Origin: Candidatus Xenobia bacterium
GTDB taxonomy: Bacteria > Vulcanimicrobiota > Xenobia > Xenobiales > QWHO01
NCBI GenBank assembly: GCA_045863235.1
Contig: BTUM01000084.1
Span: 1 to 34,316 of the forward strand
Length of the DNA: 34,316 bases
Direction of reading: 5' to 3'
The first letter of the stretch is position 1. Every line of letters starts with the position of its first letter. Positions 18,071 through 27,127 of the stretch are shown in pieces. The notes beneath the pieces were generated by a model. The model saw only the letters and a list, made by a program, of their open reading frames with translations. It was not told where the DNA came from and did no database searches. A program made the position numbers and the translations under genes.

Positions 18071-19798
18071 ATGGCTGGTTGGTCAAGTCGCACCAGAAAT
18101 CGTCTCATCGCGATGTTCTGGCTGTTTGCTTGCGCCTACCTGCTGGTGGGGCTGCAACTCTTCCGGGTGCAGGTTGTTGACCAGAAGCGTTTCGGTTCCA
18201 TCGCCAGGGCGCAGCAGGAAGGGGATCTGGAGATCCCTGCCCTGCGTGGTGATATCCGTGACCGCAACAACATCGTTCTGGCCACCAGTCTGGCCCTCTA
18301 CTCCGTAGCGGTGAATCCTCGCGAGGTGCGCGATCGGGCCGCGACCGCCAGGGCCCTGAGCGAGCACCTGCACAAGAGCGAGGCCGAGCTGGAGCGGATC
18401 CTTGCCAGCGGCGCAACCTTCGCCTGGGCCGAGCGCAAGGTCGAAGACAGTGTCGCCGAGAAGGTGCGCGAGTTGAAGCTGCCCGGCGTGTTCCTGCTCA
18501 AGGAGCCCAACGGGCGCCGCTTCTACCCCAAAGGCCGTCTGGGCTCGCACCTTCTCGGCGCGACCGGCATCGACGATCAGGGGCTGGACGGACTCGAGGC
18601 CGCTTACGACCAGTCGCTGGGTGGGCGGCCCGGCCTGGCCCGAGTGTTCCTCGACCGAGATGGTTACGCGATGCCTGACGCCGCCACCCTGATCCGCCCG
18701 GTGCAGGAAGGGCGCAACGTCATCTTGACGCTGGACGAGACGATCCAGTACGTGGCCGAGCGCGAGTTGGCGAAGACCGTCAAAGAGTCCAACGCCAAGG
18801 GCGGCATCTGCCTGGTCATGGACGTGAAGACGGGGGAGATGCTGGCCTGGGCCATCGCCCCCGACTTCCCGGCCGACAAGTTCTCCGAGGTTCCCCCCGC
18901 CCTGCGCCGCAACCGGGCCATCACCGACCCCTATGAGCCGGGCTCGACCTTCAAGGTGTTTACCGTCGCGGCCGCCCTGCAAAACGGGGTGAAGCCCGAC
19001 GACGTGTTCACCTCGGGCGGAGTGCTCAGCATCGGCGGCTGGACCATCCATAACGCCAACGACGGACTCGATGCCGCCGGGGTGGAGACGGTCACCAGCA
19101 TCCTGACTTACTCCTTCAACGTGGGCACCGCTTCGATCGCCCTCAAGATCGGACGCAAGGCTCTGGGAGAGAGCCTGTCCGCCTTCGGTTTCGGCCACCC
19201 TACCGGAGTCGACCTGGTGGGCGAGTCGGAGGGAATCGTCAATCCTTACAAAGGCTGGGCTGACATCGACCTGGCCACCACTTCCTTTGGCCAGTCGGTG
19301 GCGGTCACCCCGATTCAGCTCATCTCGGGGATGCAGGCCATCGCCAACAACGGGATAAGACTGCGCCCTCACGTCGTCAAGGCGGTCGTGGACGGGGAAG
19401 GCAATATCATCAAGCGTATCGAGCCTCAAGAGCTGGGTCGGCCCATCTCTCCCGAGACGGCCCGTCAGATGCGCGACATTCTCCTCAACGTTTGCGAGAA
19501 GGGCACGGGCAAGCGGGCCCGCATCCCTGGTTACCTGGTGGGCGGGAAGACCGGCACCGCCCAGGTGGTCGACAACGGGGTCTACGCAGGAGGGCGCTAC
19601 ACGGCGTCGTTCCTCGGCCTGGCCCCGGTGGACAACCCCCGCATCGTCGTGCTGGTCAAGATCGAGGAGCCTACCCCGGTTTACTGGGGGGGCGTGATCG
19701 CCGCTCCCGTCTTCCACAACGTCGCCAAGGAGGCGCTGTGGAAGCTGGGGGTTCGACCGAACCAGAAAATCGTCGAGGAAACGGCAGCCCTCGAGTAA
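18071..19798 (+). CDS. ftsI: Class B penicillin-binding protein (FtsI/SpoVD-like)
   Basis: SD GGAGG before the ATG at 18071; N-terminal TM; RGDIRDRN, RFYPKG, GLDGLE, YEPGSTFK (SxxK), SFN (SxN), GKTGTAQ (KTG). Confidence 0.93.
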   Translation: MAGWSSRTRNRLIAMFWLFACAYLLVGLQLFRVQVVDQKRFGSIARAQQEGDLEIPALRGDIRDRNNIVLATSLALYSVAVNPREVRDRAATARALSEHLHKSEAELERILASGATFAWAERKVEDSVAEKVRELKLPGVFLLKEPNGRRFYPKGRLGSHLLGATGIDDQGLDGLEAAYDQSLGGRPGLARVFLDRDGYAMPDAATLIRPVQEGRNVILTLDETIQYVAERELAKTVKESNAKGGICLVMDVKTGEMLAWAIAPDFPADKFSEVPPALRRNRAITDPYEPGSTFKVFTVAAALQNGVKPDDVFTSGGVLSIGGWTIHNANDGLDAAGVETVTSILTYSFNVGTASIALKIGRKALGESLSAFGFGHPTGVDLVGESEGIVNPYKGWADIDLATTSFGQSVAVTPIQLISGMQAIANNGIRLRPHVVKAVVDGEGNIIKRIEPQELGRPISPETARQMRDILLNVCEKGTGKRARIPGYLVGGKTGTAQVVDNGVYAGGRYTASFLGLAPVDNPRIVVLVKIEEPTPVYWGGVIAAPVFHNVAKEALWKLGVRPNQKIVEETAALE

Positions 19799-19820
19799 GT
19801 CTACGGAGGAGGTCCATTCG

Positions 19821-20036
19821 GTGAGCAAAGACATCGAGCAGTTTCTGGAAGACTTCCTGGGACATCCGGTCCCACGCCCCAAGCGGCCTGCGGCCGAAAT
19901 CATGTGGTCGGGCACGGTGCCGTCCTTCCAGGGGCCGCGCCTGGACGTGTCCCGTAAAGGCAAGAAACGGTGGGTGACTCGTCTGTCCCAGAAGCCTGAC
20001 CTGCGGCGCTTTACAAACCAGCTTCCCATGCTATAA
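19821..20036 (+). CDS. Small hypothetical protein (71 aa) inside the dcw cluster
   Basis: Strong SD GGAGGAGG 7 nt before the GTG; acidic amphipathic N-terminal helix and basic C-terminus. Confidence 0.6.
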   Translation: MSKDIEQFLEDFLGHPVPRPKRPAAEIMWSGTVPSFQGPRLDVSRKGKKRWVTRLSQKPDLRRFTNQLPML

Positions 20037-20037
20037 T
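20010..20037 (+). promoter_or_regulatory. Internal promoter upstream of murE
   Basis: TTTACA (20010-20015) and extended -10 TGcTATAAT (20029-20037). Confidence 0.7.
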
Positions 20038-20111
20038 GGCGAGGATTTTTCCTCCAGACCGATCGGTAATAATGCAATGATATCAACGTTTCCCGGGAAA
20101 GGGGTCGGCGG

Positions 20112-21692
20112 ATGACACTGGATGAGATGGCTCGATTGTTGAATGCAAGTCAACCATCGGGCCTCCCTGCCATCCCGATCGAGGGGCTGGCCTACCACTC
20201 CCGGGCGGTGCGTCCGGGAGATGCCTTTGTCTGCATCCCCGGCACGCAGGTGGATGGAGCTCGCTTCGCAGGTGAGGCAATCGCTCGGGGAGCGGCCGCT
20301 CTGATCGTCGAGCCGGGCGCGCTGGTGCCGGCCGAGGTGCCTACTCTGCGCGTCCCGAACGCCCGCAAGGCCCTGGCCCGCCTCTCCGCTGAGATGCACG
20401 GACGGCCGGCCGATTCCATGATGGTCATGGGCGTCACCGGCACCACCGGCAAGACCACCACCACCCACTTCTGCGAGGCCGTGCTCAAGGCCAAAGGTCT
20501 CAACCCTGGCCTGATCGGCTCGATTCACGCCAGGGTCGGCGACACGACCCGCCTGCTGGCCAATACCACCCCCGAATCGCTCGAGTTGCACGGCCTGCTC
20601 GCCGACATGCGCCACGCCGGCCAGGATGCGGTGGTCATGGAGGTTACCTCGCACGCCCTGGCCCTCGACCGCGTGCACGGTATCCACTTTGACCTGGCTG
20701 TTTTCACCAACCTCAGTCGCCACCATATCGACTTTCATGGCAATCTGGAGAGCTATTTCCGCTCCAAGCTCAGACTGTTCCAGAACCTGGGCACCCGCGA
20801 GCGCAGGCTGTGCCCGCCATTCGCCGTGCTCAACCTGGACGACCCCTATACCCCCCGCATCGTGCCCACTTTGCGCGTGCCCTACATCACCTACGGCCTG
20901 CACCCCGACTCCCACGTGCGAGCCGAGGAGATCGTGGCCCATCCCGGTGGGGTCAACTTCCGGGTGATCACTCCCCTGGGTCAAAGACGGGTCCACCTCA
21001 AGCTCTCGGGTCTGTTCAACGTGGCCAACGCCCTGGCCGCCATCGCCACCGGGCTGGCTCAGCGGGTCGAACTGGAGGACGTGCTCCAGGCTGTGGAGTC
21101 GGTCACCGGGGTGCGAGGCCGCTTCGAGCTGGTGCGCGAGGGACAGGACTTCACCACGGTGGTCGATTATGCCAGCACCCCCGATGGGCTGCGCTGCGTG
21201 CTCGAGTCGGCCCGTCCCATCACGCCGGGGCGGGTCATCCTGGTCTTCGGCTGTCCGGGTGAGCGAGATCGCGGACAGCGCCCGCTGATGGGCGAGATCG
21301 CCGGCCAGAACGCCGACGTGGTCGTGCTCACCTCGGATAACCCTCGCTCCGAATCTCCCGCCTCGATTCTGGCGGACATCCGGCGCGGCGGGGTGGGCAC
21401 TCCCGCCACCTGGGAAGTGGAGCTCGATCGGGGGCTGGCCATCAGCCGGGCCGTGGCCATGGCCCAACCGGGTGATACCCTGCTGATCACGGGGCGCGGT
21501 CACGAGACCCACCAGATCTTGCGCGATGGCGCGGTGCCCTTCGACGACCTGGAGGTGGCCCGTCAGGCCGTGCGACTGCGCCTCAATCGCTCCGGCAAAC
21601 GCGAGCGCCGCAACGCTTCGCCCACGGTCTGGACCGAGCGCCGTCGCCCCACCTCGGCGGAGATGCCCGCGCTCCTGCGCGACCCCCGGTAA
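20112..21692 (+). CDS. murE: MurE-family UDP-MurNAc-tripeptide synthetase, meso-DAP-type DNPR motif, with divergent active-site residues
   Basis: GVTGTTGKTTT, TTPES, MEVTSH, FTNLS, GRFE, DYASTPD, TSDNPRSE, GHE; position in the dcw cluster. Confidence 0.9.
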   Translation: MTLDEMARLLNASQPSGLPAIPIEGLAYHSRAVRPGDAFVCIPGTQVDGARFAGEAIARGAAALIVEPGALVPAEVPTLRVPNARKALARLSAEMHGRPADSMMVMGVTGTTGKTTTTHFCEAVLKAKGLNPGLIGSIHARVGDTTRLLANTTPESLELHGLLADMRHAGQDAVVMEVTSHALALDRVHGIHFDLAVFTNLSRHHIDFHGNLESYFRSKLRLFQNLGTRERRLCPPFAVLNLDDPYTPRIVPTLRVPYITYGLHPDSHVRAEEIVAHPGGVNFRVITPLGQRRVHLKLSGLFNVANALAAIATGLAQRVELEDVLQAVESVTGVRGRFELVREGQDFTTVVDYASTPDGLRCVLESARPITPGRVILVFGCPGERDRGQRPLMGEIAGQNADVVVLTSDNPRSESPASILADIRRGGVGTPATWEVELDRGLAISRAVAMAQPGDTLLITGRGHETHQILRDGAVPFDDLEVARQAVRLRLNRSGKRERRNASPTVWTERRRPTSAEMPALLRDPR

Positions 21693-21760
21693 ACCAGCTC
21701 CAATAACTAAAGGAAATCAATGCTACCATTTGCGTTGAATAAAATTCAGAGGAGGCGGGA

Positions 21761-22726
21761 GTGATGCTCCGCCTCACGCCGCTGGCCCTGGCGCTGCTCA
21801 CCGGGTTTGGATTCACCCTGGTGAGCATGCCCTTTTTTATCGGCTGGATGCGCCGGCTCAAGTTCGGCCAGGCCATCCGCGAGGAGGGGCCAAAGAGCCA
21901 CTTTGACAAGGCCGGAACCCCGACCATGGGAGGCGCGGTGCTGGTGCTGGGCGGCTTTCTGGGCACCCTGTGGAGTGGCTTTACGCCTGCCCTGGCCATG
22001 CTATGGGTGCTCATCCTCGGTGGAGCGGCTCTGGGCGCCAAGGACGACCTGGCCAAGGTGATCAAGCGTCACAACGCCGGCCTCAAGCCGCGCCACAAGC
22101 TGGTCCTGCAGCTGGGCCTGGGTCTGCTGGCCGGGCTCTACCTGGTCTTCGTGGCCAAGGAGACCCGGCTGGTCATCCCGGGCTGGGGCTCCATCGACAG
22201 CGCTGTCCTCATTCTGGCTCTCTCGCTGCTGGTGGTGACCGCCACCACCAACGCGGTCAACCTGACCGACGGGTTGGACGGGCTGGCCGGCGGCACCGTC
22301 AGCGCCTCGCTGCTGGCCTACCTGTGCATCGCCCTGGCGGTCGGCCGACCCGAGCTGGCCCTCAGCTGCGCCGCCCTGATCGGGGCCTGCCTGGGATTTC
22401 TCTGGTTCAACTGCTACCCGGCCCGCATCTTCATGGGCGACACCGGCTCGATGGCCCTGGGGGCTGCCCTGGCCGGCCTGGCGCTGCTGACCCGGACCGA
22501 GTTCTGGCTGCCCGTCATCGGCGGCGTCTACGTGGCCGAGACCCTGTCGGTGATGCTCCAGGTGAGCTACTTCAAGCTCACCAAAGGCAAGCGCATCTTC
22601 CGCATGAGCCCGCTGCATCACCACTTCGAGGCCACCAGCCCGGAGATGAAGGTCACCGTGCGCTTCTGTATCGCATCGGCCCTGCTGGGAGCGGTCGGAG
22701 TGCTGGCCTTCCTGGGGGTGCGATGA
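21761..22726 (+). CDS. mraY: Phospho-N-acetylmuramoyl-pentapeptide transferase
   Basis: GQAIREEGPKSH, KAGTPTMGG, NAVNLTDGLDGLA, FLWFNCYPARIFMGDTGS, ETLSVMLQV, MSPLHHHFE. Confidence 0.98.
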   Translation: MMLRLTPLALALLTGFGFTLVSMPFFIGWMRRLKFGQAIREEGPKSHFDKAGTPTMGGAVLVLGGFLGTLWSGFTPALAMLWVLILGGAALGAKDDLAKVIKRHNAGLKPRHKLVLQLGLGLLAGLYLVFVAKETRLVIPGWGSIDSAVLILALSLLVVTATTNAVNLTDGLDGLAGGTVSASLLAYLCIALAVGRPELALSCAALIGACLGFLWFNCYPARIFMGDTGSMALGAALAGLALLTRTEFWLPVIGGVYVAETLSVMLQVSYFKLTKGKRIFRMSPLHHHFEATSPEMKVTVRFCIASALLGAVGVLAFLGVR

Positions 22727-24114
22727 AGGGCAAGCGGGTAGCCGTCCTGGGTATGGGCAAGAGCGGCATCGCCCTGGTGCACGAGCTGAAGGCGCGCGGT
22801 GCGCTGCCCTTCATCAGCGACCAGCGCTCGAGCGAGCAGCTGCAGCAGGCCCTGGAGCAGCTCCACGACGTCCCCTACGAGACCGGCGCTCACACCGACC
22901 AGGTGCTCGAGCAGGACATGCTGGTCATCAGCCCCGGGATCTCGGTCCACGCCCCCATCGTCCGGAAAGCCCTGGAGAAGGGGTTGGAGGTGGCCGGCGA
23001 GGTGGAGCTGGCCTACCGCTTCAGTCGCGCCCCCTTCGTGGCCGTGACGGGCACCAACGGCAAGTCCACCACCGTCACCCTGATCCACCACATGCTCGAG
23101 CCGCGCAGCATCCTGGCCGGCAACATCGGCAACCCGCTGGTGGCCGAGGTGGGCGATCTGGGCGAGGATCGCCTGGTGGTGGCCGAGATCTCGAGCTTCC
23201 AGTTGGAGACCACCCACCGCTTCCGCCCCCACGTGGCCGTGCTGACCAACATTACCCCCGACCATCTCGATCGCCATCCGAGTCTGGAGGAGTATCAGGC
23301 CGCCAAGGCCCGCCTGTTCGCCTACCAGACCGCGCAGGACTTCGCCGTCTTCCCGGCCGACGACGCTCCCTCCCAGTGGATCCTCGAGCGCCTCAAGGAG
23401 GGCCGCCTGCCCGCCTGGCTTCCCGGCTTTCCACCACCCGATGCCCCCGCCCGGCCGCAGGTGCTGGAGTTCTCGGCCACCCACCCGGTGGAGCGCGGGG
23501 CCTGGCTGCAAGACGGCCAGATCGTGCTCAAGCTGCACGACCAGCCCCGGGTCCTGTTCCCCTGGAGCTTCCCGGGTCTGCCCGGTCCCCACAACCTGCT
23601 CAACGCCCTGGCCGCCGTCTGCGCCGCCGGCGCCCTCGGGGTGGAGCCGGAGAAAATGCGTCGGGCCCTGGAAGGCCACCATCCCCTGCACCATCGCATG
23701 GAGGTGGTGGCCGAGGTGGGCGGGGTTCGCTTCGTGGATGACTCCAAGGCCACCAACGCCTCCTCGGTGGAGGCCGCCCTGGAGACCTTCGAAGGCCCCA
23801 TCGTGCTGATCGCCGGGGGCAAGGAGAAGGGCACCGACTTCACCGAGCTCGGTCAGGCCATCGCCCGCCGGGTGCGCCACCTGGTGCTGATCGGCGAGGC
23901 CGCGCCCCGCCTGGCCCAGGCCGCCGAGCAAGCGGGCCTCAAGCAGATCCACCACGCAGGCCACGACTTCCCCCGCGCCGTCGAGACCGCTCGTCGCCTG
24001 GCCGAGCCGGGCGGAGTGGTGTTGCTCTCGCCAGCCTGCGCCAGTTTCGACATGTTCAAGAATGCCGAGGACCGGGGCGATCAGTTCCGCGCCCTGGTTC
24101 GTGGGAGGGTCTGA
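22723..24114 (+). CDS. murD: UDP-MurNAc-L-Ala:D-Glu ligase
   Basis: ATG at 22723 overlaps the mraY stop; GMGKSG, ISPGI, VTGTNGKSTT, EISSFQLE, NITPDHLDRH, DDSKATN, LLSPACASFDMF. Confidence 0.97.
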   Translation: MKGKRVAVLGMGKSGIALVHELKARGALPFISDQRSSEQLQQALEQLHDVPYETGAHTDQVLEQDMLVISPGISVHAPIVRKALEKGLEVAGEVELAYRFSRAPFVAVTGTNGKSTTVTLIHHMLEPRSILAGNIGNPLVAEVGDLGEDRLVVAEISSFQLETTHRFRPHVAVLTNITPDHLDRHPSLEEYQAAKARLFAYQTAQDFAVFPADDAPSQWILERLKEGRLPAWLPGFPPPDAPARPQVLEFSATHPVERGAWLQDGQIVLKLHDQPRVLFPWSFPGLPGPHNLLNALAAVCAAGALGVEPEKMRRALEGHHPLHHRMEVVAEVGGVRFVDDSKATNASSVEAALETFEGPIVLIAGGKEKGTDFTELGQAIARRVRHLVLIGEAAPRLAQAAEQAGLKQIHHAGHDFPRAVETARRLAEPGGVVLLSPACASFDMFKNAEDRGDQFRALVRGRV

Positions 24115-25484
24115 TGAAGCTGAAAGCAGTCCGCCGGGTCTCCGAAGGCTGGATCCTGACGATCGCGCTCACGCTGGTCACGCTGGGCACCCTGCTGGTG
24201 TTCAGCTCCTCGGCGGTGATGACGGCCTCCTCGCCCGACTTTCGCAACGACCCTTACTTCTTTCTCAAGCGCCAGCTGATCTATCTGTGCGTGGGCCTGA
24301 TCGCCATGATGATGGCCCGCAAGGTCGACCTCTTGCGCTACCGCTGGCTGACCAGTCTGCCTTTCACCCTCTGCTCGCTGACTTTGCTGGCGGCCGTGCT
24401 GGCGGTGGGCCCTGAGATCAACGGCGCCCAGCGCTGGATCTTGCTGGGCCCCTTCCAGTTCCAGCCGGCCGAGCTGGCCAAGCTGGCCATGATCTTCTAC
24501 CTGGCCGACGCACTGGAGCGGCGCCGCGATCGGGTCACTTCCTTCGGCCGCCTGGTGCCGGCTCTGGCCATCTTCGGAGCCACCATGCTGCTGGTCGAGC
24601 TGGAGCCCGACCTGGGCACCGGCCTGGTCATCGCGGCCGTGTTCATGGGCATGCTGTTCGTGGCCGGAGCCCGCGTCGAGCACCTGGGCGGAATGGCCAT
24701 CGCCGGGGTGCTGGCGGTCTGCGCCATGATCCTGGCCAAGCCCTATCGCATGCAGCGCCTGGCCACCTTTCTCGACCCCATGGCCGATACCCAGGACTCC
24801 GGCTACCAGCTCTTCCAGTCGCTTCTGGCGCTGGCTTCGGGCGGCATCTGGGGCCAGGGCCTGGGGGAGAGCCACCAGAAGTACAACTACCTGCCCGAGA
24901 TGCACACCGACTTCATCTTCGCCATCCTGGGCGAGGAGCTGGGCTTGATGGGCGGCCTGGCCGTGCTCACCCTGTTCCTCTGCTTTCTCTACAAAGGCTT
25001 CAAGGTGGCCGTCAACTGCCGGCGGCCCTATCTTCGCCTGCTGGCCGTGGGGGTGACCTTCCAGATCTCCTTCCAGGCCATCATGAACGTGGCCGTGGTC
25101 AGCGGGGCCATCCCCAGCACCGGCATCCCCCTCCCCTTCATCTCCTACGGGGGCACCTCGCTCCTCTTCTCGCTCATCAACATCGGCATCTTGCTCAACA
25201 TCGCCGACTACAACAAGCGCCAGCTGGCTTTCCGGGATCGTCCTCAGAAAGAGCGGCGGCGCATGCGGCGTGGCTCCACCCTCTCCTCGTCCAATGAGGA
25301 GACCATCGGCTCGGTCTCCAAGGGCGACTGGGAGAAACGGGCTGCCGGCAATCGCCTGAAGAGCGGCTCCTCAGGCAACCTGCCCCGGCCCCCGATCGAG
25401 CCCGGTCTGGCCGACTCCCCCGGCCGTTTGCGGCGCCGGGCCGAGGCCCTGGCCGCCCGGGGCCACCGCCACCGGGTGAGCTGA
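24114..25484 (+). CDS. ftsW: SEDS peptidoglycan polymerase FtsW with a basic C-terminal extension
   Basis: NGAQRWI, FQPAELAK, EPDLGT, GYQLFQS, YLPEMHTDFIFAILGEELG, PSTGIPLPFISYGGTS. Confidence 0.96.
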   Translation: MKLKAVRRVSEGWILTIALTLVTLGTLLVFSSSAVMTASSPDFRNDPYFFLKRQLIYLCVGLIAMMMARKVDLLRYRWLTSLPFTLCSLTLLAAVLAVGPEINGAQRWILLGPFQFQPAELAKLAMIFYLADALERRRDRVTSFGRLVPALAIFGATMLLVELEPDLGTGLVIAAVFMGMLFVAGARVEHLGGMAIAGVLAVCAMILAKPYRMQRLATFLDPMADTQDSGYQLFQSLLALASGGIWGQGLGESHQKYNYLPEMHTDFIFAILGEELGLMGGLAVLTLFLCFLYKGFKVAVNCRRPYLRLLAVGVTFQISFQAIMNVAVVSGAIPSTGIPLPFISYGGTSLLFSLINIGILLNIADYNKRQLAFRDRPQKERRRMRRGSTLSSSNEETIGSVSKGDWEKRAAGNRLKSGSSGNLPRPPIEPGLADSPGRLRRRAEALAARGHRHRVS

Positions 25485-25499
25485 GCCCAGGCCGACCAC
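25441..25499 (+). repeat. 59-bp direct repeat, left copy (spans the ftsW stop codon)
   Basis: ccgaggccctggccgcccggggccaccgccaccgggtgagctgagcccaggCcgaccac; one mismatch to the copy at 26322-26380. Confidence 0.95.
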
Positions 25500-25580
25500 T
25501 GAGCTCGATCAGGTCTGCGGCAGCGTAGCGGTGAGGGCCCGCCTTGACCTCAGGACGAGCGTGGTCAGAACCCACGCACC

Positions 25581-25898
25581 TCAGTCCGCGAGATCCAGCG
25601 CGAAACGAATCGCCTGGCCGACTTGAGCCATCTTCTGGTCGTCCAGGACGCACAGTCGGCTTTGGAGGAGGCTCTTGGGTATCGTCAGGATTTCATCCAG
25701 ATTGACGACGCACACCTGGGGTAGCCCGTCCGGCGGCCCGAGCTTCACCTCGACGGGGATGCTCCTGACGGTCCGGGTAATGACTGCCACAGTCACGGAA
25801 CTCCTGATCGAATAGGCTTTGTTGCGAGACAAGAGGACGATCGGGCGTCTTCCGGCCGGCAGTGGCAAATCCGCCCACCACACCTCTCCGCGTTTCAA
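25581..25898 (-). CDS. Type II toxin, MazF/PemK family endoribonuclease
   Basis: KRGEVWWADL, GRRPIVLLSRN, VTVAVIT, VEVKL, VNLDEILTI..S.L; probable TTG start at 25898 overlapping the antitoxin TGA (alternative start 25907). Confidence 0.9.
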   Translation of the reverse strand: MKRGEVWWADLPLPAGRRPIVLLSRNKAYSIRSSVTVAVITRTVRSIPVEVKLGPPDGLPQVCVVNLDEILTIPKSLLQSRLCVLDDQKMAQVGQAIRFALDLAD

Positions 25899-26146
25899 TC
25901 GGCCCAATCCTCAGGTTGCAACAGCACTCCAGCCAGGGTTGCGGACGCAGACGAGACCGCGCTGTCCTCGGGAATCGCAAGATAGCCCCTCTCGTACTCC
26001 CGATCCAACTCCGCCTCGCGAAGTCCCTGGACATACTTCTTGCAGGCTCTCCGAATCAGGTCTGCGCGACTGACCCGAAGGGTTTTGGCTAGAGCCGCCA
26101 GTTCCGCGGCCTCCGCGTCATCCATGGGAACCTGGACGATTCTCAT
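25895..26146 (-). CDS. Antitoxin, ribbon-helix-helix/CopG type
   Basis: MRIVQVPMDD...VSRADLIRRAC RHH pattern, acidic tail with YERGY..IPE; directly upstream of the toxin. Confidence 0.85.
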   Translation of the reverse strand: MRIVQVPMDDAEAAELAALAKTLRVSRADLIRRACKKYVQGLREAELDREYERGYLAIPEDSAVSSASATLAGVLLQPEDWAD

Positions 26147-26177
26147 CCGTCACCTTCCACAAGATCTTACACAAGAA

Positions 26178-26206
26178 AGTGTAGAGCGGCATGCAGAATA
26201 AGTCAA
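26178..26206 (-). promoter_or_regulatory. Sigma70 promoter of the toxin-antitoxin operon
   Basis: Minus strand TTGACT, 17-nt spacer, TACACT; CACAAGA direct repeats (26158, 26170) and an AAGATCTT palindrome just downstream may be the operator. Confidence 0.75.
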
Positions 26207-26284
26207 TGGAGACCGGGGCAGCGAAACTCGTGGGGTCTAGGGTCCTGGGGCGCTCGACCACTCTTTCGGGATATCGAGTTTCCG

Positions 26285-27127
26285 TCAACCCCGGGTGGCC
26301 GCAGTTCCACCCAGGTGCGGCCCGAGGCCCTGGCCGCCCGGGGCCACCGCCACCGGGTGAGCTGAGCCCAGGTCGACCACGACCGGCAGGTGGTCCGAGG
26401 CCAGGCGGGCGGCGGCCGAGTCGTGCACGAAGGCGGCCGCTACGCCACCGGCCAGGATGGCCGACAGGCGCACCGCGTCCAGGCGAATGCCCCGACCCGG
26501 GTGGCTGGCCACCTCTGGGGCCAGGGGATCAATGCCGGGGAGGGTCTTGAGCTCTTCGGCCTGGGGTGGGGCGTTGGCGTCCAGACCGACCACGTGGTGC
26601 TCGACCTGGTAGCGCTGCATATCCTCGAGCACGATCTGCCTGAGCTCGCCCGCCTCGGCGCCGCGCACCTGGACGGCCTGGGCCTTCTTCTCGGGGGTGG
26701 TGGGGGCCAGATACCAGGGATCAGCCTTCAGGTGCGAGTTATAGAAGCGGCCCTTCTGGCCGGGCAGAACCTCCAGGCCGACCGAGGCCACGTCGCGGGT
26801 GAAGCGACGCATCTGGCCCTGCACCAGGAAGGTGCGATCGGCGTGGCTCTCGAGGTTCTCCAGCGGTCCGGTGGAGAGAAAGCCCAGGTGGTGATTGGTG
26901 GGATCGTTGGTTGCCACGAAGACGGCGTTCTGGTAGCCGGACTGCAGGGCCAGCTGGCGCAGATCCTGCTCGGAGGTCACCTCTTGCAGCGCCACCGTGG
27001 TCGTGAAGCCGTCCCCGCGCAGCTCGCGCAGCACCTCGGCGGCCCGCGAGAGGGTGGCCGGGCAAGCCACCGCGCTCTTGGCGGGGGCGCCCATCTTGCC
27101 CAGGTTGTAGCTTACGAGTCGGCTCAC
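26285..27127 (-). CDS. Endonuclease/exonuclease/phosphatase (EEP) family protein
   Basis: VSYNL, ALQEV, NSHLK, GLDAN (GDxN-like), RLD and SDHLPV motifs in the expected order. Confidence 0.85.
   Translation of the reverse strand: MSRLVSYNLGKMGAPAKSAVACPATLSRAAEVLRELRGDGFTTTVALQEVTSEQDLRQLALQSGYQNAVFVATNDPTNHHLGFLSTGPLENLESHADRTFLVQGQMRRFTRDVASVGLEVLPGQKGRFYNSHLKADPWYLAPTTPEKKAQAVQVRGAEAGELRQIVLEDMQRYQVEHHVVGLDANAPPQAEELKTLPGIDPLAPEVASHPGRGIRLDAVRLSAILAGGVAAAFVHDSAAARLASDHLPVVVDLGSAHPVAVAPGGQGLGPHLGGTAATRG
26322..26380 (+). repeat. 59-bp direct repeat, right copy (inside the EEP gene 3' end)
   Basis: Matches 25441-25499 at 58 of 59 positions. Confidence 0.95.

Noticed and set aside
21970..24114. 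714-aa ORF suggesting a MurD fusion
   Set aside because: The N-terminal part is an alternative frame over mraY; MurD begins at ATG 22723, overlapping the mraY stop.
26157..26172. CCACAAGATCTTACAC as a third NrdR box
   Set aside because: Only one half matches and there is no partner box; it is better explained as the antitoxin operator.
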